Of a stretch of 64,000 nt of DNA, positions 26,578 through 41,641 are shown one piece after another. How positions within the stretch are numbered: the first letter of the stretch is position 1; every line of letters begins with the position of its first letter. The notes under the pieces are model-generated. The model was not told the DNA's origin and ran no database searches. It worked only from the letters and a program-made list of their open reading frames with translations. Source of the stretch: Octopus sinensis (lineage: Eukaryota); contig NC_042998.1 of assembly GCF_006345805.1 (NCBI RefSeq), positions 167,338,001 to 167,402,000 of the forward strand. The letters run 5' to 3'. The position numbers and the translations under genes are program-made.

Positions 26578-27359
26578 ATGATTAGGTCGGTTTTATGAAC
26601 CCTTGAGTCTTTAAACACCCTCTGCAACATGCTGGTTGGTGTCATAACATAGTTGCAAGGTGTACGGGGAGTGTCACGTGACCGTATAGACTCTTAACCA
26701 GGCTCTTCCAGTGCAGGAAACCTGGGGGTTCCAACCAGAAATCGCAGTAATGTTTTAACTTCTACGTCTTGCCCTTTATTTTACAGGTAAAGGGCATATA
26801 GTTGATTCAAGAATTCACAGCACTTACAATTAAACTTGATATAAAACTTGGCAAATAAAATATTTTAATGGTTTCGTTTGTTTTAGTATGAGTGAGGAAG
26901 AGACGCTGATTGGAACTTTTTAATACGAATAAAATACAAGAGAAATTTTTCGTTTATATTTGTGTTAATAGTATTGTTTCAGTGAGCAGCAGTGAGGTGT
27001 ATTGTTTCAGTGGTGGGAAGAGAACAAAGTTGATAAAATTCCCTTGACTCTACAATCATGGACTTACCGCCCTTTATAAGCGGCGTCGTATTTGCAGGTT
27101 ATGGTACTGGAATGACTTCTTCCGGTATGTTTTCTCACCCCTTCCGTGATCAATAAAAATGAATCAAGTGCCTTATATTAGCGGAATACTTTTCTCGGTA
27201 TTTGATCGGATTATCTACATTCAATTCAAACCTCTCTTGGAACCAACTTTACTATTCTTCGTTTTTTCTCGATCGATATAAAAAAATCAAGCCAGAACGG
27301 TCGATTGGCAGAACCATATGTGGGCGTTGTGATAGTTATAGCAATGCAGGTGTTAAATC

Positions 27360-27644
27360 ACCTGAATGTAAGTCAATAGGCGGCCACCATTGTGACTTCC
27401 AGTTTCGTGCATAAATGGTGTAAGCCTCCCTTGGTCGATGTTATCATGCATCTACACTTCCACGTACCAAACTTATCGGCCTATAATAATCTTGCATGCA
27501 TGGGCGGGTAGTCTTCTTCAAAACGTCAGGACCAGGTACGCACGTAGAATAGATACATGAACGTCGACCAGGGTGGGGCTACGCACTCTATGCACGAAAG
27601 TAGAGATCACAATGGTGCCCGCCTTTTGATTTACATTCAGAGGT
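27360..27644. mobile_element. Old palindromic MITE-like element
   Basis: ctgaatgtaagtcaataggcggccaccattgtga..tttcgtgcata..tggtcgatgtt is mirrored by aacgtcgacca..tatgcacgaaa..tcacaatggtgcccgccttttgatttacattcag. Confidence 0.6.
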
Positions 27645-28511
27645 AAAAACCGATATCAAATTAAGACGTTACTATTGCTACACTTACTGCTGCTACACAT
27701 CCTGAGAGACACTCGGTTGAATAGCTCTCCATCACTAACAGGCACACTCCAGCCCCAGGCCCGCACGAGACCTCTGAAACATTACTGACGATGCATCCCA
27801 GAGCATCTGCAAGTATTAGTAGTAGTAAGTAGTAAGTAGTAGTAGTAGTTAGGGTTAGGGTTTGATTTTGAAATTAAGGGAAAAAATGCATAGAAAAGAT
27901 ACATATACATACATACACTTACATACACGCACACACGTACACACATGCACACATATATTAATAAATAAAATAAAATTTTAATTAGGACACCAAGTCAGGG
28001 TCAAGATTAGATCATCATGCATATATCCATGCACATACAGACGTATTTTGAAATTTGCATAAACATGTACATGAACAAATCAAGATATACATCCATATAA
28101 ATATCCATGTATATGAAATTATGCATGCTGGCATGCTGTTTCCCGATCCACTGATTTCCTGACCCAACGTAGGGAAGTTTCTAGGTGTAGTGTTTACATA
28201 AAGAAAGAATACAAGTGTGTTAAGCTTCACTACAGCTGTTTCAGACATGTTTTTAAAGATAATGATTTTCATTTGATTATAAACATATTTTGCAAGTAAG
28301 AATGTTTCGTAATTCTTTGACTATGAGTGAGAGAATTGTGTGTGTGTGTGCGCGCGCGTATGTGCGGTTATGTGTGCGCAAATGTGTGTGAGTTTGTATG
28401 TGCATTTTCGTGTGTACGCGTGAGTCTGTGTGCTTGTGTGTAGATGGAATGATTTAAGATAACCGTCTACATAGATAACTAGCTAGCTGAATACATAAAA
28501 TAAAAAGATCG

Positions 28512-29040
28512 ATTAGATTAGATTAGATTGGATGGATGGATGGATGGATGGAAGATGGATGGATGGATGGATGGATGGAAGATGGATGGATGGATGGATG
28601 GTTGGATGGACGGATGGATGAATGGATAGATGGATGGAAGGTGGATGGATGGATGGATGGACGGACGGATGGATCCCTGGATGGGTGGATGGATAGGTAC
28701 ATAGATGGATGGGATAGCGATAGAGATAAGAGATGGATGGATGGATGGATGGATGGATGGATGATCGATGAAATGATGGATCGATGGATGGATCGATGGA
28801 TGGAAGGATGGATGGATGGGTAGGTAGATGAATGGATGGATGGATGGAGATTGGTAGAGATAAGGATAGCGATAGAGACAAGAGATGGATCGATGGATGG
28901 ATGGATGGATGGAAGGCTGGATGGCTGGATGGATGGATGGATAGATGGATGGAGATAGTGATAAGGATAGCGAAAGAAATAGTGATAGATAGAGATAGAT
29001 ATAGATAGATAAATAGATAGAGAGATCTAGAGAGAGAGAG
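28512..29040. repeat. (GGAT)n/(GATA)n degenerate tetranucleotide array
   Basis: Direct reading. Confidence 0.95.
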
Positions 29041-29117
29041 AAATGTATGTTTGTTTGTATTACACGTGTGCACCTCTTTATCAGTCTACATGTTCCTAAA
29101 AAAGAAACATTGTATAA

Positions 29118-29179
<62 letters not shown>

Positions 29180-29515
29180 CATATGTATATAAGTGCTCTT
29201 CTTGGGTGGCCGACATCAAAAGTTTTGCTATTGCGTGTTTAGTGACAGAAGTCTTAAAAACATCTAATTATAAGAACTGGAAATTTGGCTCATTGAAAAT
29301 GATACAAATATAAAAACTCTTTTTAATTAATACATTCAGTGCCCATATTATTAGCTCTAGATTTGCGTCTTGTTACTATCTACTTATTCCCTTTGACATG
29401 TAATTATTATTATTGTTGTTGTTATTATTAAACCCGGCGAGTTGGCAGAATCGCTTGCCACGTTGAGCAAATGATTTACCGCTTTTCGTCTGTTGTTGTT
29501 GTTATTATTATTATT

Positions 29516-30034
29516 GAGTGAGAGAGCAGTGCATGACATCAAAGTGACACTGAGGTACAAATATACGAAGCCCAGTATACCCATCATGACTACATGTCTG
29601 ATAAGGGTACACCAGGCACATGCATCACAACCATATGTGCGCAATATGGTGATCTCATATCAAAATTAACAGCGTATGACCTTGCAGGTGGGATCCAGTT
29701 AGAATTTTCTTCTGTTTGAGTAGCCCATCCCGCTCAAAAGATTCTTGAATAAGGATTGTTTAAGGATGTTGAACGAAGCACCAATGTTTCCAAAGGTGAA
29801 TTATCCAAACCCCAAAGAATTCCTCTCAACCCCAAAGAATTCCTATGATGCTCCCCCACTACTTCTGCTCTTGATCAGAGATGCACATATCGTCAGCCAC
29901 TAAAGGACATGCTCAACTGGTTAAGGTCAAACAACTGACAAGCAAATCTGTGGTATTGAGCAGAATATTTGCTGTAGCCCATCTTTTATACCAAGACAAA
30001 ATATGTACATGATAACACTTCCAATCAGTTAAGA
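29516..30034 (-). mobile_element. ~500-bp non-coding (TAA)n-tailed module (probable 3' UTR or non-autonomous partner of a Dong-like LINE)
   Basis: Homologous over its length to 33947-34411; ends gcactgct.tctcactcaataat in both copies. Confidence 0.7.
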
Positions 30035-30065
<31 letters not shown>

Positions 30066-31133
30066 GTTCAGTAGTTTTATTTTAATAGCGTGCTTTCACT
30101 TCACTACCGAGCGCAGCTCTGTGTGACTTGGGTATGTGCTGTGATTTGTTGTGATGCTCTGATGGTTATTGTATGGAAAGTGTTCTGTGTAGGATGTGTG
30201 CAGTCCCTAGTAGTGCAATTTTCTGTATGTTATAGTTGTTTGTAAGTCCCGCTGTTTTTGTTATGTATTTGTCTGAATATTTTTTTATCATGCCTAATGC
30301 ACCTACTATGATAGGAATTGTTTCTGTTTTTAGATTCCACATTCTGGGTACCTCTATTTCCAGGTATTTGTATTTTGAAAGTTTCTCCATTTCTTTTAGA
30401 GACACGTTGTCATCTGCCGGTATTGATACCTCAGTTAGAAAGCATTTTTTTCTTCATGATCTCTGACAACAATATCTGGTCTGTTGGCCTTAATTTCTCT
30501 ATCTGTGTGTATCGGCATATCCTAGAGTATGGTTGCTTTCTCGTTTTCTGTGACCTTTTCTGGTGTGTGCCTATACCATCTTTTTTCTGTTGTTATTCCA
30601 TAATGTTGGCATAGCTTCCAGTGTATGTAGGTTCCAACTCTGTCATGTCTGTGAATATATTCCTTCTTAGCCAAGACTGGGCAGCCAGAGATAATATGAT
30701 TTATTGTTTCTTGTCCATCTCCACATATTCTGCAGTTACTTGTTATATTTCTTTTCATTACGTGTTTTTGGTAATTTCTGGTGGGGAGGCTTTGGTCTTG
30801 TGCTGCAATTAAAAATCCTTCTGTCTCTGCTTTGAGTCCTGAGCTTCTCAACCATTGCTGAGATTTTTCTTTGTCTATTTCTTTTGCATTTAGTTTAGTC
30901 CAGTATTTACTATGAAGGGTCTTTTCTTTTATCATGGTTCTTTGCTGTTCTAGTTTTAGTTTGGATTTCATTTGTTTTATAGCTTTTGTTGTTTCTTCTT
31001 CTTCTTCTTCTTCTTCTTCTTCTTCTTCTTCTTCTTCTTCTTCTTCTTCTCCTTCTCCTTCTCCTTCTCCTTCTCCTTCTCCTTCTTCTTCTTCTTCTTC
31101 TTCTTCTCCCTCTTCTTCTTCTTCTTCTTCTTC

Positions 31134-31189
<56 letters not shown>

Positions 31190-31800
31190 TATTAGGTGGT
31201 ATGATTTCTTCTTTGTATTTGTCAGCTTCTTTAAATACTGAGAACAGTTTTATGTTTTGCTCGTGTTTTGCCGCTATTTGTATCAGTTTTCCTTCCTTCT
31301 GACGTAGATATTTTTGCAGTCCTATGGTGGTTATTTTATAGTAGTTTTCCAGCTGTATAAGGCCTCTACCACCTTCTATACGTTGTATATATAGTCTTTC
31401 TATGTCAGATTTTGGGTGATGCATCCTAGATCCTGTCATTATTTTTCTTGTTTTCCTATCTATTTTGGTCAGTTCATTTAGTGTCCAGTTAAGGATATTG
31501 TAACTGTAACTTATAACTGGAACAGCTAAAGTGTTAATACCTATTATCTTGTTTTTAGCATTGAGCTCTGTTTTTAGTATTGATCTAACTCGTCTATAAT
31601 ATTCTCTTTTTATTTTCTCTTTCATTTGTGTGTGTTGTGTCTTATCTAGTTCATGGATTCCTAAGTATTTGTAAGTTTGGCTTTGGTCTAATTCTTTTAT
31701 TTCATTGGTTTTATCTAGTGTGATGTTGCTACTCTTAACTAGTTTTCCTCTTTTCAGGGTTACTTTGGCGCATTTTTCTAATCCAAATTTCATATCTAAT
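30066..31800 (-). mobile_element. 5'-truncated R4/Dong-clade LINE (RT end, CCHC zinc knuckle, RLE), disrupted
   Basis: KFGLEKCA..YKYLGI, EGGRGL, CRICGDGQETINHIISGC, RHDRV, EKLSKYKYL, IPIIVGALG; (TAA)n tail at 30035-30065; GAA/TAA expansion at 30993-31190 breaks the ORF. Confidence 0.93.
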
Positions 31801-32719
31801 TTCTAATCCAAATTTCATATGAGGTGTGTGTGTGTGTTTGTGACCCGTAACTAAACTATAGAGGTATTCAACTCTGATATAGAAATCTGCAAGATCCTAA
31901 CATCAAATGGAATGAATATCCACAGACTACCTTTGGAAAGAATCAATGAGAAAAATAAATAGACTTAAAATCGCTCCAAACCGATTTCGAATGTTATATC
32001 ACTCAGACAACGCCTGCAAAACGCCAGTAAATGTGCCTGAAATACGAAGAAAATATCATACAATTCAAAAGTGAATTTCTCGAAAATCACTCAGCCGCCG
32101 ATGATATTCCATGATCCATGCGACTGCAAATCGTTGGTCAATGTGCTTCAACAAAATTCTAGAGAAGAAACGTTCTGGAAATCAGGTATGTTTCTCGTAA
32201 ATCTGAGGATTGCGCAGGGAGTGGAGTCTCTCTTGAAATCATAACTGAAACATTGAAGGTTATATTTTGTTTTTAATTTTTGAGAAAGAAACAGCTACAT
32301 AATAACTTGTTGAACAAAAGAGGCAGCAAAGACATTAGGCATCGAGATGTGACCGAAATTGTCGATTTTGTCATATATCTGTACGACATTAAACATATGA
32401 TAAGCAGATGCCTACAAAATATGATTAAGTTATTACCTACCTCTGCGGCATTATGCTGTTGCTAAAATAATATATAATGCCATTGGTAGGGAATATTTCC
32501 CTTGGATAAATATAAAATATATTTCTGACGTTGAGTATATTGATACATCCCAACATAAGGAATACTGGTGAAACATTTCCATTAACAATTTTAATAAATG
32601 CAAACACAACATACTCGATAATTCTTTTTTTTTTTTTTGGCACATAAAACAAAAACTACGTAATTTTCGGGAGAACAGTTGCCCAACAGATGTGAGAAAA
32701 TGAGAAACCAAAAAAAAAA

Positions 32720-32752
<33 letters not shown>

Positions 32753-33116
32753 CAACGTTTATGGTTAACTGTTTTGAAACTTACCACTTGTCCATGTAGA
32801 TTAATAATTTACATATCTGCTCATAATAATTATTGCCACACTTGGTTATGTTATTAACTCGTTTAAGCCATGGTCTAAAAACGTTACTTTTACAGGCAAA
32901 GAAAAAGATCAACTTAATGTGTTTTCTGCAAATTTAATCTGCGAATAGTACGTTGAAAATATGCAAAGTTTTTCTAAAATGCAATTTGTTGTAATTCTAT
33001 ATCCTATATTAAATCTAATGAGAGACCAGTGTTCCTCTGTTAGAAGCCTGTCCCTTGTCTTATAGGGAAAATTCAAAGAATTAACACAATCGCGTACTCA
33101 CACATACATACATACA

Positions 33117-33147
<31 letters not shown>

Positions 33148-33294
33148 TTCTCCACATACACACAGGTTTGTTTGAACGAAAAAGATAAATCGAATTCAGT
33201 GCATGAAGATGTTTTATTAGTTTTAATCAGGTAATTCAAGGGACGAGCGTTTCGTGTATTACACTTAACAAGAGCCACTTTATAACTTCTACCG

Positions 33295-33361
<67 letters not shown>

Positions 33362-33387
33362 TAATAATAATAATAATAATAATAATA

Positions 33388-33785
33388 CTCAGCGAAAGAG
33401 TTTGACAAGCTCAGAAAATATAAAGACCTACTCATTGAAATTGAGAAAATGTGGCATCTCAAGGCGGTTACAATACCAGTGATCGTAGGAGCACTAGGAA
33501 TGATCAAGAAGGGAACCGAAAATTATATGAGAATGATCCCTGGCTTACCATCCCTGCAAGAAGTGCAAAAGATTGTCTTAACTGGTACATCACACGTATT
33601 GAGAAGAGCATTGTCGATGTGAGAACTGTTGCTGCTCATGTGTTTTAATTTAACTTAAAAAAAAAATGAACGAACTACTGAGTTTGGTTTAATGGCCTAC
33701 CAATATACACTATGAGTTTCTTTGCCTAGGAGTCGGGAAGACACTCGGCAAGAAATGAAAAAAAATTTGAAAGAAGAAAAAAAAA

Positions 33786-33786
<1 letters not shown>
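33388..33786 (+). mobile_element. R4/Dong LINE 3' end inside (TAA)n; same family as 4654-5117
   Basis: SAKEFDKLRKYKDLLIEIEKMWHL...LRRALSM* and 3' UTR nearly identical to the 4.7 kb copy. Confidence 0.9.
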
Positions 33787-33830
<44 letters not shown>

Positions 33831-33875
33831 TAATAATAATAATAATGATGATGATGATTGATAATAATAATAATA

Positions 33876-33931
<56 letters not shown>

Positions 33932-33946
33932 TAATAATAATAATAA

Positions 33947-34411
33947 ATGCACTGATCTTAGCTGATTAGAAGTGCTATCATATACATTCTTTTGTCTTAG
34001 TATAAAAGATGGCCCACAGCAATATCAGAGATTTGTTTGTCAGTTGTTTGACCTTAACCAGTTGACCATGTCCCTTAGTGGGTTAGCATCATAGCCGTTG
34101 AAAGGAATTCTTGGAGGTTTGGATAATTCACCTTTGGAAACATGGGTGGTTCGTTCAACATCCTTAAACAATCCTTATTCAGGGACCTTTTGAGCGGAAT
34201 GAGCTACTCGATCAGAAGAAAATTCTAACTGGGCCCCACCTGCAAGGTCATACACTGTTTATCTTGATATGAAATCACCATGTCGCGCACATATGGTTAT
34301 GATGCATGTGCCTGGTGTACCCTTATCAGACGGGCAGTCATGATGGGTATACTGGGCTTCGTATATTTTACCCCAGTGTCACTTTGATGGCATGCACTGC
34401 TTTCTCACTCA
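33947..34411 (+). mobile_element. Second copy of the (TAA)n-tailed module
   Basis: Homologous to 29516-30034. Confidence 0.7.
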
Positions 34412-34482
34412 ATAATAAAAAATTAAAAATTTTTTAAAATAATAATAATAATAATATTTTTACATATATATATAAATGTTTG

Positions 34483-34514
<32 letters not shown>

Positions 34515-34580
34515 TGCCTACATGTATGTATGCATACATGTATGTATGTATGTATGTATGTATGTATGTATGTATGTATG

Positions 34581-34612
<32 letters not shown>

Positions 34613-34850
34613 AGACAATGAACATGAGTTAGAATAAGAACAGTAACAAACGAGAGAGCGAATATCTTGTGCGCGTGTTTATTTGGGGGGACAATGACCA
34701 TCCCGAAATACAATATACATATATTAAAGGCGATACTCAAGCATGGCCGCAGTCAAATGACTGAAACAAGTAAAAGAATATATATATGTGTGTGTGTGTA
34801 TGTGTGTGTATATATGCACACACGCACAAACATATATAACGCACATACAT

Positions 34851-34885
<35 letters not shown>

Positions 34886-34938
34886 CATATATACACACAT
34901 ACACACATATATACACACACACACACATATATATATAC

Positions 34939-34969
<31 letters not shown>

Positions 34970-35012
34970 CACACACACATATATACATATTTAAATATAC
35001 ATATGGACATAC

Positions 35013-35605
35013 ATATTACAATTAAGAGGGATGACCACTAATGTGGACTCCTAATATGCTAAAGATAGACGTCAAAACGCCTTACCACGAAGAGTGTGTT
35101 CTCAAGAAATATCTCAGCAAAAACGCCAGAATACAAAAATGAGCAAGACAAAATGAAGACATTTAAAAGTTACCTCCAAATATAATTTGCAGAACTGTAC
35201 ACGCGTTTTTCTTTTTCGGGTGAACGTTTCCGTGTATAATTCTGTGAAACATGTTTGTGACGCGACAGTCTACGCTGAAGAGTTGCAGATATTTGCATTT
35301 TGAATTTTGCATTATGCAAGTGTTAACAATGAAATCATAATACGTAGGTAATCGTTTTATTTTGTATATTTTCATTTGTCTTGCTCACTTTTCTACTCTG
35401 TCGTTTTTGCTGAGATTTTTCTTGAGAAAACACTATTCGTGGTAAGGCGTTTTGACGTCTATCTTTAGCATATTAGGAATCCACTTTAGTGCTCATTCCA
35501 CTTAATTGTAATATAATTTTCAAATATGCTAGACCACTGGTTTAAATTGATGTTAATTTTGATGTTAATTGATTAATATCAATTTCTACCCTCATTATTT
35601 AATTT
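35013..35605 (+). mobile_element. Penelope-like fold-back element: ~150-bp inverted arms, HHR in spacer, unique tail, in CA/TA microsatellite
   Basis: 35013-35162 is the imperfect reverse complement of 35366-35514; tail 35515-35605 ends accctcattatttaattt; Penelope assignment is inferred from architecture. Confidence 0.7.
35270..35347 (+). ncRNA. Type I hammerhead ribozyme motif
   Basis: ctacg-CTGAAGA-gttg...caat-GAAA-tcataa-TA-cgtag; perfect 5-bp stem I. Confidence 0.78.
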
Positions 35606-35639
35606 ATGTACATATCTAAATATACATACATACATATAC

Positions 35640-35716
<77 letters not shown>

Positions 35717-35760
35717 CATACATATACGTATATGTGTATGGGTGTGTGTGTATATATATA

Positions 35761-35791
<31 letters not shown>

Positions 35792-35792
<1 letters not shown>

Positions 35793-36166
35793 CTCTATAT
35801 AAACGGCAGTTGTCTGTGCGTGTTTCTGTGTGTCTGTTTGCTTGTACCCTCACCCTGACCACGGCTTCAACCGATTCTGATGAAACTTGACACACACATA
35901 GCCCAATGTCATAATTCAAAACTAACGCAGCGAAAATTTTGAAAAGTTCCCCCAGTTCTGAAAAAAATCGATAAATTCGACATGGGGTCGAGAATCAGAA
36001 ACACAAACCACAGACTCTCTAGGGAACGCAACTCGACCTTTTTAACTAAAAAAATTTATCATCATTTTTTTTTCCATTTCTTTGCTATTTTTTGGCTATA
36101 ACTCTCTAAAAATGCTTTATAGTTATTTCCCTTACAAACCCGAGCAACGCCGGGCGATACTGCTAG
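35792..36166 (+). mobile_element. Non-autonomous Helitron
   Basis: A|TC start, 3' hairpin cccgagcaacgccggg, then CTAG|T; no TSD; inserted in (AT)n. Confidence 0.88.
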
Positions 36167-36939
36167 TATATATATATAATGCTATGTCATTCTGTTTTCG
36201 CTAACATAATGTATCTTGGACTAAATGATGAGGCACTTTGTAAGTTAGTTATTAATGTACATAAGCCTCAATTAAATTTGAATTTAAATTTAATTTTAAT
36301 ATATATGTCATGTTGAACCCCCTCTATGTGCTGGAAAGTAATTTGAAGAAAGGTTTGAAAGAAACTTTTGCCACGTCATGATAATACGAATGCTGTAGAG
36401 AACTTTTTCAAAATTTAGTCGTTTATCTTTGCTGTACATGTCCTCCCAACTTACAAGGCAATTTTTCAGCAGAAAACCAACGTGTGTATCCTATTCAATT
36501 TTTACATTCATACGCATGAAACCAGATGACACTTAGCCAGAACTCAAAGCTACGAGCAAGAATCAAACCACACACACACATTAAAAATAACAATATGTAC
36601 ATTAACACTTCAAGCCATGCCACACATGTTTCTATGGCAAGGTATATTTATTGATTACAGTACATCACTCCCGCATGTATATGTACGTATATAGAAAATT
36701 AATATAGACAACAGTGTGTAAATTCTCACCAAAAATGAAAACTTTAATTGTCACTGTATGTGACTAGGGTGTTAGAAACACCTACATTGCTAGAAATAAG
36801 AGCTAAAAATGCTCTAATGCTGTAGTCAAACCACAAAATTGCATACATTTATACTGACAGGGACTGTAATCATCCGAAAACACATGAGAGATTCGCTAAG
36901 CTATCCATAGATTTTTATGCTGAAAACATACATTCTTTT

Positions 36940-37120
36940 CTACTCTCGGTACAAGTCCCGAAATATCGATTAGATCAACTCCAGTATAATCCAGTATGCA
37001 ACTGGTACTTAATTTATTGACCCCGAAAGGATGAAAGGAAAAATCGACCTCGGCGGGATTTGAACTCAGAACGTAAAGACACATGAAATACCTATTTCTT
37101 TACTACCCACAAGGTGCTAA
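36940..37120 (-). mobile_element. SINE family B body
   Basis: actggtacttaatttattgaccccgaaaggatgaaagg..gaactcagaacg. Confidence 0.8.
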
Positions 37121-37171
37121 ACACACACACACACACACACATACATACACACACATACATACATATATATA

Positions 37172-37216
<45 letters not shown>

Positions 37217-37228
37217 TTTACTTTCTAT

Positions 37229-37270
37229 GACGTCCTGTACCCATATATGCATGCATGTGCATATACATGC

Positions 37271-37318
<48 letters not shown>

Positions 37319-38275
37319 TTTACGAAAAAACAAAAGACGAAGACAGGTGGTGTACAAAACAAACGGATGTATTTGTATAACGCTCAGGAATAGAAAAAGT
37401 CTTTTATGTTTCAAGCCTACGCTCTTCTACAAAAAGGACACAGAAAAAACAAGGAGAGAAACAAGGAGGGAAAAAATGTGTGTAGTGGCTAACGATGTAT
37501 CATGGCGATCTATCTATATATACATATATATATCATTTATATTATTATATGATTGAACGCCACGCATCCATTTCCGTCTAAGTTTTACCTTAACAATTTT
37601 GATGCGACACTTGTTCTATTCTATTTCTATTTCGTTTCCTCTCTCTTCCTTCTCTAATTCTTTTATTCTTCCCTTCTCCCCCTTTCGGTTTTTCTCTCTC
37701 ATCCGCTCTTTAATTCTTTTCCTCTCCCCCTTCACCGTTCTTTATCTGTCCCTCACTCTTCCTCACTCTTCTTCCTTTACTCTCTCGTTGCTCACACGAG
37801 ACCATCGACCATCTTTCTTTTCCTAACTTGAGTTTCTTTTCTTCCGAGCAGCTACAAGAGATCAAACGCATTCTTGTCTGTCTTCTGTCAAAGCTTCTTT
37901 CTCCAGCGTTCACAACCTCACCTCGTCATGGTTTAACAGCCCTTACCGTTTTCACTGTCCTGATTTTGTTATCAATTTTGACCCTCTGCAAATGCCAAAT
38001 TTTTACAAGGGCACATCTTGTCGTAAATGTTCGAAATGTGGAGTAGATAAAACAGCCGACAACTGATGAAGGGTCGTTCTTTATGTTGCTTGTCTTGTTT
38101 TCCATTTGTTTCTTTCGTTGTTCGCAAAAACAGTTCGCATTGCATGTTTTCGTATTTCATGTTGTTTACGTTCTAAGACGTCCTGTACCCATATACGCAT
38201 GTGTATTTACATATATATATAGGTATATACATATATGTATGTACACATGCATATCTATGTATTATTTATATTATA
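37229..38275 (+). repeat. Tandem/permuted copy of the gacgtcctgtacccatat family, interrupted by another insert at about 37320-37510
   Basis: gacgtcctgtacccatat at 37230 and 38178; gattgaacgccacgcatcc at 37551 matches 18150. Confidence 0.55.
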
Positions 38276-38312
38276 TATATATATACGTGTGTGTGTGTGT
38301 GTGTAAATATAC

Positions 38313-38361
<49 letters not shown>

Positions 38362-39119
38362 AGACAGAAGATAGATTTGGTTCTAGTCTTTATTCAGTAC
38401 GACTAACATTTCGACTCATCCTGCAACTGTCTGTTGTGAATAGGATTTTGTGCATCTTATAAATAGTATTGCATCAATCTGTGCAGTTTGTGTCACATCA
38501 GGTTCATGCACAATGAAGAAGATATCCCGCCAGATATAGTGAGATGTCCTAGGCACGTTTTTCGTGCCTATTGTATCTTGGTTATGACCGACTACACAGT
38601 TGTCCATGGGTTTATATAACGTAAAAATTAAAGTGATTAAATATAGAGAATGCAACCTATCAAAGTAAAATCAGATTTAGGTTATCGGACGTTGGGGGGG
38701 GGGGCACTCTCATTCAGGAACATACACTCATACAGGCGTTCAAGCACACACACATACATGCGCGCGCGCACCGTAAATTAAAGGCACAGAATCATAGAAG
38801 AAAGAGAGTAAAACTGTCGAAAGAGGATTACATTAAGGATAAGGGGCGTGAGTCTACGTTCACTGGGAATAGGCACACACACACACACACCGTATGTGTG
38901 TCGCCGGTATGTGGTTAATGGTATTTGGTTATCTGGATGTAGAATGCGTGGTGGCAGATATATCTTTTATCTTATATCCCACTGCGAATTAGGATCGGCC
39001 GTCATTTGCGGATGACCATTTTCTGGACGATGGGATTTTAGTGGACATGCATACACGTATACCAGTATTTGTATATATACACACAACCGCACACTCATAT
39101 GTGCTATATACAACTAGTG

Positions 39120-39170
<51 letters not shown>

Positions 39171-39838
39171 CTACATACATACTTTCCTGCTGCCATACTT
39201 TTCGTGACATAGAGATTCTTTCTGAAGGTAACATATATAAATATACGACAGTCACAAATAGATATTGTATAAAAAAAACTTCTGGCGGTTACGTATATGA
39301 ATAAGTATAGAACAATCAACAATACATATTGTATAAAAAAAAGTTGTAGACGAACAAGTTTACTCGCAGGTTGCGTAGATAGACAGGCAACAATGACAAT
39401 ACGCATTTTATTAAAAATAAAAGAGAAAAAGAAAATTGAATTGCAAGGGTTGTACATAGAATTGTTTTGATAGCATTCGATAGTAATATCGACAGTAGAA
39501 CTGTATTGATCATAAGTATGTATACCATGTATAGGTCGTCCAAAGTTTACGTTATATAGTGTAGCAGTCACACTCGGTTAGCACATGGTGTAAGATCTAT
39601 GGTTGCATTGCATAACGTCACTCGGAGAGTGGGACCGGAATTTTAAATTATCGGACTTTTATGTTTTCAATTGTTGATTTGTGGTATTATTAGGTGCCAC
39701 GGAATTCCTGAAGTAGATCCAGCTGAAATAAATACCCCAACCGTGGCTGGCACCAGGTTGCCCAAACTATGAATGCCTTTTACTCAACACACTAATTGTC
39801 ATATACCCATTAATAAAAAAAATTACTTCTGTGTGTGT

Positions 39839-39900
<62 letters not shown>

Positions 39901-40039
39901 CAAGACTACAAAGTGGGATGGAGAATTATACAGCTTCAAAATATATTTATTAAAGCATTTTTCTCATCAAATTCCAGTCCGACACGTATTTTTGCTGGAT
40001 ACGTGTTCTAGTGTCCTTTGATGTAGCAGTTATTTATTA

Positions 40040-40787
<748 letters not shown>

Positions 40788-41544
40788 ATGTGCATTTAGT
40801 TAAATTTAGTTTAAATCAGTTGCATGGCATATACATCCGAGGCAGATATCCCTAAGAAGCTTTGTTCAAAGTTTTACGCATGCGAGTGGGTGAAGGGAAC
40901 TGAGGATTCAAGTATTAGATAGTCTTTCTTAGAATATATTCTAAGTAAGGTACCATAAAAACCCAGGGTACAGGACAGTAGGGTTTGTTTTGAAATACGA
41001 TGTGACTATAGTTCTGGTTCCACGAAGACTTAGGATGACCTTTTTAGATATTAATAACCTTTGACTTTTTACCATCCAACGGTTTTTTTTAATCCACTAC
41101 TCTAACATTTAAGTGGAGAGTAATTATTTCTTAAGGGAGGTAATTATTTCTTTATAATATTTAGTGGAATTAAAAGTTTGAATTTGAACTTAGATGAGAA
41201 GGACCGATAAATATTTATTTACTTAATTACTTCTTACTTATTACAAAAGGTTATTAATTTTTTTGTTTTAGGCAGTCATGTGTAGCACCATTTCGTTCTT
41301 TTCAGAAATCAACATCTTAACATAATCCGAGGTATATAAATGAAATATTTAACGACGCGATGGAAAATGATTACAGTCTGTAAGCAATTCAGTTATTGTA
41401 TGCATGCATGTATGCATGTATGTGTGTATGTATGTATGTATGTATGTATGTATGTATGTATGTATGTATGTATGTATGTATGTATGTATTATGTATGTAT
41501 GTATATATATATATATATATTATATATATATATTATATATATAT

Positions 41545-41641
<97 letters not shown>

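Noticed and set aside
27849-27863. TTAGGG repeats
   Set aside because: Only about two units; too short to call interstitial telomeric sequence
37395-37440. Minus-strand gaagagcgtaggcttgaaac hammerhead-like motif
   Set aside because: Lacks the C-U of CUGANGA and a clear cleavage triplet
38060-38090. Isolated CTGATGA or CTGAAGA (also near 16779, 22776, 35877, 49407, 54429, 56047, 56464)
   Set aside because: No correctly placed stem II plus GAAA plus stem I partner
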